Positions 57,267 to 64,000 of a DNA stretch of 64,000 nt are shown piece by piece. The notes under the pieces are model-generated. The model was not told the DNA's origin. It made no database searches and saw only the letters and a program-made list of their open reading frames with translations. The first letter of the stretch is position 1; every line of letters begins with the position of its first letter. A program made the translations under genes and the position numbers. Source of the stretch: an uncultured Acidobacteriota bacterium (GTDB taxonomy: Bacteria > Acidobacteriota > Thermoanaerobaculia > Multivoradales > UBA5704); assembly GCA_963770895.1 (NCBI GenBank), contig CAVYRF010000002.1, forward strand, positions 5,024,001 to 5,088,000. Reading direction: 5' to 3'.

Positions 57267-58948
57267 ACATCCAACCGAGGACTGTTACGGCCAGTGCTCT
57301 GAGCGGCATGAACCTGGCCGACTTCTTGCGCGACGGGCGCGGCCCGCAGGAACGCCACTTGGCTCCGCCGCCGTTTCGCCTCCTCCTATTCGATCAATTC
57401 GAGGAGATCTTTACCACCTATCCGGACCGCTGGTCGAACCGCGAGGATTTTTTCGAGGAGATCGGCGCGGCCCTGGAAAATGACCGTCAGCTCCGTGTGG
57501 CTTTTGCCATGCGTGAGGAATACCTCGCGAGCCTCGACCCGTACCTGGGACGATTTCCGGAGACGCCGAAACGATTTCGCCTCGAGCCCCTGCGGGAGGC
57601 GCCTGCCATAGAAGCCGTTCGTGGTCCTGTCAGCCGGTTCGGGCGCTCATTTGCTCCCGGCGCCGCCGAAGCCCTTGTCGACACCCTGCTCCACCGCTCT
57701 GCCACCAAGCTGGACGGGATGTCAGCGGCGTCCTCGGAGTTCGTCGATCCGTTGCAGCTCCAGGTCGTCTGTAGCCGCTTGTGGAGTGCCCTGGATCGAG
57801 CGGTCAAGACGATCGAGATGGAACACATCAGCGGGTATGCCAACCTCGACCAGGCCCTAGAAGAGTATTTTGACGATTCCATCCGAAAGGTGGTCCAGGA
57901 GACAGGCTTCTCAGAAGCGGCCATCAGGGCCTGGTTCCAGGACAAGCTCATCACGTCGGAGAAGACACGGGGCTTGGTGTTCCAGGGGCAAAACGACGTG
58001 GGCGGCCTCCCCATCGCCGCCGTGCGCGCGCTCGACCTCCATCACCTGGTTCATGCCGAGATGCGCACGGGACAGAGCTGGTATGAGCTGATCCACGACC
58101 GCCTGATCGAGCCCATATTGTGCTCCAACCGGAAATGGCAGCAGGAGACGCTGCTTACGGAGAGCGACGTGGTTGGACGGATCGAGTCACTGGCGTTTCA
58201 CCGCAGCAACGCCCGCAAGCTGCGCAAGGTGATCGATCGGCCCATCCGGGCGCTTTTCCGCTACGCTCAGCGGACCAGTAGCTCTCCTGAGGAGGACACC
58301 GAAGACTGGATTCACGGTGAACGCATCTTTGCGCTTGAGGTGTTGGAAGGTAACGTTCATTTGCGCAGGCTCGATCCCGGCTCCTACCATCGTCTCGAGA
58401 TGCAGTGGCTATCCGAGGTGAAGCGGACCAAGGCTTACCTCTTATGGGAACCTGATGAGGGTTCCCCGGTGCCGCGTCATACCGACGACTACTATTTCGC
58501 CGCTTGCGAAGGGTTCCGCAACGTGCTAGTCAGCCGCGAGTTGAAGGCAGCCGCGGAAAGGTTTGGCCCTTTCGAGAAGTACCTGAAGACTCACTATCTC
58601 GATGCGGCGGGCAAGCTCGACCTCGGCAGGCAAGGGTCGCAAGCCATGCTTACGAGGAAGGCCTACCGGATTTACGAGGTGACCGGAGAAGCCAACCCAG
58701 ACAGTAACTGGCAACATGCCTGCGCTTACGCCCGAATGTTTTACGACAACATCCTCAAGGCGGTCAAGGAGCACGACCCGGAGAGCACCCGCACCGTCCT
58801 GGAGGCCTTTCAGTACAGCCGCGCCGCCGAACATCGCTACCTCATCATCAACTGCTTCGAGGCTGCGATCGCCGTGTACTTCCTCGATTCCGACGTGATC
58901 AAGAGCCTATGGACCGGGCCGGAAGGGCAGCAGACCCTGGCGTTCTAG
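57233..58948 (+). pseudogene. nSTAND1-like NTPase lacking Walker A, with C-terminal DUF2934-like repeats
   Basis: LLLFDQFEEIF, AMREEYL, LEPL, PLQLQVVCSRLW, YELIHDRLIEPI; no GxxGxGK[ST] in the ORF. Confidence 0.72.
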
Positions 58949-59725
58949 ACAATATGGAACGTTCTGTGGTTTCTGCGGTCGCAGGCATCTGGACCTCGCA
59001 CGCCGGTAAGGCCGAGGAAGGGCTGCTCGAGCCGGCGGTGCACCCTGTCGTAGGGTGGGTTGAAGAACTGCCCATAGAGTTGAAATCGCCAACACGGGCG
59101 ATCGGCCAGGACTGACCTTCGGCTAACGGCGTTGTCACAGGCGTTGACGCTGAGGTCCCGCCGGTGGTCATGGGCTCCAGTGCCGCAGTCGTCAGGTCAG
59201 TGCTCGTGGTTGCCGGCTCAGCGGTGGTCGCCGGTGTTGTCTCCTCTGTGTGCTCCTCTTACCTGGAGGACACCACCAGAATGAATACCAGTAGCGCAAC
59301 GACGAGCCCCACCAAAAAAAGCCAGGTGAAGCTGTCTTTTTGCCGCGCAGGTACTGGAGACGGTGCGCGGTCTTGCGATGCAGGATTTCCAGGAGGTGGA
59401 ATTTGAGCGTGCTGCGCCGCACGCTGGCCGGCCTCGACGACGATTTCGCTCGCCGCCGTTCCTCGATCACCGTTGCCAGCGTTTTCGACGACTCCCCCGT
59501 TGCCGTTGTGCATCGAGGATTTCACTTCGCTGGGAGGCTGAAGTGGCGGGTCTGCAGCGTGAGGCGTTGGATCTATCACTGACGGTTTCGGCGTCACGGA
59601 ATCGAGCGCCTGAGTCGCAGCCTCCTGGACCCTGCGGCTGTCATCTTCCCGTAAGGCGACCAGGGTGGTCCGAGCGGCCTCCGCCAGTCCCTTGTTGGAT
59701 GCCGTAAGAAGGCGAGCAAGCGAGC
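58899..59725 (-). pseudogene. C-terminal fragment (HEAT-like DDSRRV helix, TM, Thr-rich tail) with in-frame TAA at 59259
   Basis: LAEAARTTLVALREDDSRRVQEAATQAL..WLFLVGLVVALLVFILVVSSR*EEHTEETT continues in the same frame into ORF 58899..59171. Confidence 0.6.
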
Positions 59726-60136
59726 TCCTCATCGCTCAACCTCTCCCACGCCGTCCCCAGCAGGCCAGCCCTCTGCGCCCGCTCCAGGTACTCCGCAACG
59801 CTCGCCCTCCCCATCCCGCACGCCCGACTGGCCTGCCGCTGGCTCAGGCCGCACACCAGCAGCAGCCGCAACACTTCTTGAACTTTCCTCATCGTAAGTC
59901 TCCGTGCCGGCATCGCCCTCCCTTCGTCGTGAAGGTCGACAATGCCACAGCGTCGGAGCCCTTTTCGTCGCTCGTTCCGACCGGAAGCCGGCCACCCTTC
60001 CGATGCAAGCCGGCCACCCTTCCGGCGACCACCCCAAAGTGGCCGCCTTCGCGTCGGAATGGGTGGCCGCTTTCACCCCGGAATGGTGGCCGCCTTCACG
60101 TCGGCATGCCTGGCCGGCTTCGACCGGAAATACGCA
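59726..60136 (-). mobile_element. istA: IS21-family (IS408-like) left end and istA 5' fragment
   Basis: End TGCGTATTTCCGGTCGAAGCCGGCCA at 60136; multiple GTGGCCGC(C/T)TTC..CGGAAT and GCCGGCCACCCTTCC repeats; ORF MPARRLTMRKVQEVLRL..GLSQRQ truncated at ~59726. Confidence 0.85.
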
Positions 60137-61282
60137 GGTAGGCTTCGGCGGGCCGCCGCGGCCGATGCAGCGCCACCAGGTGACGGAAATGGTCGGGACC
60201 GCCGGCGTAGCCGCGCTGCCGCACCATCTCGTAGAGCCGCGCTGCGGTCAGCGACGGGTACTCGGCGAGAGTCGTCTGAAGAAACGCCACGTAGGGTTCG
60301 ATCTTCGACGGCCAACGTCGCGGACTCGGCACCGCGACTCCGGCCTGCGCCAGGACGCGCCGCACCGTGTTGTGATGCAGTCCAAGCTGGCGCGCGATCG
60401 TATGCACGCGCCATTTCTCCGTGTGATACAGCCGCAGCACTCGCGCTTCCTGGTCGGCAGCAATCATCGTCGGCTCCTCGCCGGCACCCTGTCGTCTGCG
60501 CCAGCGCGACGCCGCCGGCGCAGGTATCCGAATCGGGCGTAGGGACGGCAGGGAGCACCGCAGAAGCCGCAGACGACGACATCTCCCTGACTCCAAAACA
60601 CCGCCAGCGCCGAACACTGCACCCGCGGTGCCGGCTCTCCCGTCGTGGTGCACAGTGTGAGGGCCGAAGCAAGCTCTGGGGTAGCCTGATGCGTCACTTT
60701 CAGTTCGGCGGCCTGCTGGGTCGCGTGACGCCGCTGCCGGTAGCGTGCCTGGCGGGCCTCGTGCCGGTGGCGCCCCTGCCGGCTCGCTTGGTAGCGCCGC
60801 CCCGCGGCGCGCGACTTCTCCCGCCGGCTACGCTGCGAGCACTCGGAGCCGCAGTACCATTGTCCGCGGTCGCACACCGAGCAGACCGCCACCAGACGCC
60901 GACAGCGCAGACACGCATATAGCCGGTAATCCGGCCGCACCGGCCCTCCCCCTGCCGAGGGGCTGGACGGCGCTCAGAATTGCGGCGATACTGGAGGCCA
61001 GGAACGCGGTGGCAACGCCGTGCTTCCGGGAGAGGCCCAGGAGGGTGACCGCCAAGTCAACTGACCTCCTGGGCCTTCGCCGTCTTCGGCAGCGCCCACC
61101 TTCTAACGAAACGACACCTCGTTTGTCACCTCTTGGCTGGTCGGGCGCCGCGGCGCCCGCGCCCGCCGGTCCAAACCGCCCACCCACCCCGGCGGGGATG
61201 ATGTTGAGGGACCTTCACCACCTCGGTTGGCTGAGAACCGCGATCTTCACCGGATAGCAGCGGGTTTTCTCAGCCGCTGACA
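60137..61282 (-). mobile_element. istA: Second IS21-family element: left end, accessory ORF and istA 5' part interrupted at 60137
   Basis: End TGTCAGCGGCTGAGAAAA at 61282; istA 60137-60467 LYHTEKWRVHTIARQLGLHHNTVRR..RLYEMVRQRGYAGG..PAEAYL. Confidence 0.82.
60464..60940 (-). CDS. Cys-rich basic accessory protein of the IS21 element
   Basis: CLRC..CSVCDRGQWYCGSEC, RYQASRQGRHRH, CGFCG; stop overlaps the istA start. Confidence 0.7.
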   Translation of the reverse strand: MRPDYRLYACLRCRRLVAVCSVCDRGQWYCGSECSQRSRREKSRAAGRRYQASRQGRHRHEARQARYRQRRHATQQAAELKVTHQATPELASALTLCTTTGEPAPRVQCSALAVFWSQGDVVVCGFCGAPCRPYARFGYLRRRRRAGADDRVPARSRR

Positions 61283-61780
61283 AGTAGGCGAGGTCCAGGG
61301 AGGAATGCCGGGTTTGGTAGGGGAGGGGGTGGCGTTACCTTCGCGGGACGGGAGAGCCGGTTGTCGGTCCCGGCCCAGCCACGACGAGCGCTCGGACGGT
61401 TCGGATGCCCGCCGGGAACACTCTCAGATACCGGGCAGGCGGGTGCGGCGAGGTCGAGGGTGGGGGAGTGAGGGGAGGGAGGGCAGAGCGGCTGGCGGCG
61501 AGGCAGCGATGATCGACTCCCTTACCTGGATCGGGTGGGCGGGGGAAGGCTTCGAGTTGCCACCTGGGCCTCGCAGCGGGTGGGTGGAGCGGCGGAACGT
61601 GGTGGGCGCGCAATGCTTGCCATTCCCGGGCCAGGTGTTGCAGGCAGGTCCGGCAGATTCCGCGAAGCAAAGAGCGGTTGGACGGGCAAGAGCAGTGGTC
61701 GGAAATGAAGAAAAGCGACCGCCGGCTCTGCCGGTGTGGGCGAGATAAAGCATCTGGCCAGAGCGAGGCGCGCCGCGTTC

Positions 61781-61809
61781 TTGACGCGGGCCGCTGGGAA
61801 GTCCATGCT
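61781..61809 (+). promoter_or_regulatory. Promoter TTGACG-17-CATGCT, 6 nt before the vapB ATG (leaderless)
   Basis: Hexamers at 61781-61786 and 61804-61809. Confidence 0.6.
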
Positions 61810-61815
61810 TGGGCC

Positions 61816-62049
61816 ATGGGCACCCGAACCATCGAGCTCGACACTGAAGCTTACGAGGTCTTAGCGCGCGAGGCGCGGCCGGGCGAAACCTTCTCCGAAG
61901 TGATCAAGTCGCGCTTCGGCCGACGCGTCACGGCGGGTGATCTGCTGCGGGCCGCGGCTGAAGCGAAGGTCTCGGCGGAGACCTTGGATGCGGTGGATGA
62001 GCTGATCCGTACCCGCGGCGAGAGCCCGGCCACCGCCGCGGATCTGTGA
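61816..62049 (+). CDS. vapB: VapB-type antitoxin (DUF217-like)
   Basis: TRTIELDTEAYEVL....GETFSEVI; stop overlaps the toxin start. Confidence 0.8.
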   Translation: MGTRTIELDTEAYEVLAREARPGETFSEVIKSRFGRRVTAGDLLRAAAEAKVSAETLDAVDELIRTRGESPATAADL

Positions 62050-62450
62050 TCCACTTCGATACGTCTTTCGTCGTCGATGTCCTGCGCGAGTCGTCGCAGC
62101 TGGGCGGAGGGCCGGCGACGTCTCTTCTGGCATCGCTGGCCGAGGAGGAGTTCGCGGTCAGCATCTTTGTCGTTTGCGAGCTGTTCTCCGGAGCGGCCCT
62201 GGCGCAGCGGGGCGATCAGGAGAGGCAGCGGGTGAAGGGCTTTCTCTCGAACCTTCGTATCGTCCAGCCGGACGGAGACTTTGCGGAAGCCTACGGAGCG
62301 ATCTTCGCCGCTGCCAGGCGCTCTGGCCGTAATTCGGGCGTCATGGATCTTCTCATCGCGACTGCGGCGGTCCGCGAGCGAGCGCGCCTGTTGACTCGTG
62401 ATCGGAAGGATTTCCTTGCGTTACCTGGGCTCGATCTGATGTCCTACTAG
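62046..62450 (+). CDS. vapC: VapC PIN-domain toxin
   Basis: FDTSFVVD, VVCEL, DLLIATAA, LLTRDRKDF. Confidence 0.9.
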   Translation: MIHFDTSFVVDVLRESSQLGGGPATSLLASLAEEEFAVSIFVVCELFSGAALAQRGDQERQRVKGFLSNLRIVQPDGDFAEAYGAIFAAARRSGRNSGVMDLLIATAAVRERARLLTRDRKDFLALPGLDLMSY

Positions 62451-62549
62451 GAAACGCATTTGAAAGATGCCCTCTCCTGGCATGCCCAGGGGATGAACCT
62501 TCCCCGATCGGCCACTCTGGCCGGGACCGGGGCAACTCCACTCGTGTCT

Positions 62550-63292
62550 CTACTTCTGGGCAGGCTCGATGGTGAAGGTCTGGGTGAACGTCTTTCGCGG
62601 CCCGACGGGCGGTTCGCCGTAGGCGGTGTTGGCTGTCTCTGCGGTGATCTCTCCTTTGGAGGGTGGCTTTTTCCCAACGACGGTCATCGGGTTGGACGAT
62701 GAGTAGGTGATGGTCCTTCGCCACTCTTCATCACGGCTTTGTCGCCGCCGCTCCTGCCCACGAGGTCGAGCTGAAACGCCACGATCGGCGTGCGGACGGA
62801 GGTCGGGACGACAGGACCGGGCGGGCTTGACGGCGGTACGGGGAGCGTCCACCTGTGCCGCTCCTTGCCATCCTTCTGCTCGTAGGTGAATTCCGCTCCC
62901 GTGATGAGGTCGCCGTCGTACTTCATCCTGAAGGTGAACCTGGCCCCCGCCGGCAAGGTCCGCGGGTTCGGCAGGTGCTAGATCGGCTCCGGGTCGGTTT
63001 TCCTGTTGAACGAATTGGGCTTGGCGAAATATTCGATCGAGGCGCCAACCACCGACCCCAGCGACTTCTTACCTTTCTTGAAGTTGGGGTGGAAGCCCAT
63101 CACGTATTGCTGCCAGTTCGTCTGGGCATCGAGCGGCGAGTTCGCATTCAGCTGCACATGGAAGCCGATGTCGTCGCAGACCACGTCCTTGGTGATCTCG
63201 ACCGTGACCACGAGGTCCCGGATCGGCTTGCCGTCGTTGTAGAGATAGTAGTTGTGATTGCTCTTGAGCCCGGCGCTGGGGGGCTTCGCCAT
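62550..63292 (-). pseudogene. Beta-rich hypothetical protein disrupted by an in-frame TAG (62978) and a frameshift (~62715)
   Basis: Three collinear pieces: GLKSNHNY..FHVQLNANSP..WQQY*; LPAG..PIVAFQLDLVG..SGEG; TITYSS..TAETANTAY..QTFTI*. Confidence 0.65.
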
Positions 63293-64000
63293 CTCGTCCC
63301 AAACGCCGAACCCCTGGCAATGAGGAGCGCAAGCCCGAGCAGCAGAGCGCGGTGCGTGCGGCGGCGGCGATCGGCTTCACCAACTTGGGTGCTAGCGTCG
63401 AGCAAGGCTCCCTCCTCCCCACGGTCATCCGGCGACAGACCGCGTTCGATCTGTCTCGTCGAAGTGTTGTGCGCCCCACCGGGGCTCCAATTGCAGATGC
63501 AACTACAACCAAGGCTACGTCAGGGCCCGATTTGGGTCAACAGCCCCGGGCGACCCGGGACGACATGCCATGGAGCAGCGCATTGCGTTAGATCCTGGCC
63601 TTCCATCGCGCCCACCGTGCCCCACGCCGGGGCAAGGCCTCGGCAAGCTCGACCCGCTCGAACAGCGCGCCTTTTTCATCGGCGCCGGCATCCGCCGGAA
63701 AGACGACAACCTCAAGTACCTCCTCGGCGCCGCCTCCAAGTTCTAAATCGTGCCCGAGCCGTCGGGCGGCGGCAGGGCGAGGCTGAGCTGACGCGCGGCT
63801 GAACCTCGCGTTATCTCGTAAGGGCTTGGAGAGCACCTCTACCAGTTCCCTCGAACCGTGCCGAGGGGGGCGGTGACGGGGGCTGTGCGCGGTGCGGATC
63901 GATGCTTGCGAGAGGAGTCGAAGCCGGCTGGCGATAAATCGACATATTCACATTTTGCATCGCCTGTATTGCGATTTGTAGAGGCGAGGGGCGCTCTCTC

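Larger units (their letters stand above)
39811..64000. mobile_element. Decaying genomic island at tRNA-Cys (right boundary not seen)
   Basis: Abrupt switch from housekeeping genes to an integrase pseudogene, TA systems, IS21 elements and gene fragments immediately after the tRNA 3' end. Confidence 0.75.

Noticed and set aside
62978-62980. Pyrrolysine or amber read-through
   Set aside because: The same gene also has a frameshift, it lies in a decaying island, and no pyl genes are seen; simple pseudogenisation is more likely.
63729-63746. attR copy of the tRNA-Cys 3' end (CGCCTCCAA..TCTAA)
   Set aside because: Only 9 bp match exactly, and they fall inside a coding-like tail (..KYLLGAASKF*); a chance match is likely at this GC content.

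Overview
Very GC-rich bacterial DNA, most likely Acidobacteriota (class Thermoanaerobaculia-like). This is inferred from ADOP-type permease remnants, TPR-CHAT proteins and a characteristic C-terminal domain on a chitinase; it is not proven. Bases 1 to ~39.8 kb are mostly core genome: MATE transporter, two RluA/RluD enzymes, comM, a PLP decarboxylase, a GH18 chitinase, a surface-glycan glycosyltransferase/Wzm cluster, a GGDEF-EAL protein, a zinc metalloprotease with glutaminyl cyclase, ald, lspA, thiE, def, cysS, yraN and three tRNAs. Many of these genes carry Ala/Gly/Pro-rich micro-duplication insertions. From the 3' end of tRNA-Cys (39810) to the window end lies a decaying genomic island. It holds a large 2OG-Fe(II) oxygenase, a toxin-first AbiEii/MenT-like pair, a frameshifted tyrosine integrase, an intact three-gene CHAT (caspase-like)/TPR module and a PI-PLC. 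These are followed by a run of promoter-less tail-to-tail gene remnants (including SIR2 and an nSTAND1 NTPase with DUF2934-like repeats), two nested truncated IS21 elements and a VapBC pair. The best candidates for new biology are the CHAT/TPR module, the SIR2-nSTAND1-DUF2934-like remnant, the regular tail-to-tail fragment array and recurrent leaderless-promoter architecture. All family calls come from motif recognition by eye; no database was searched.
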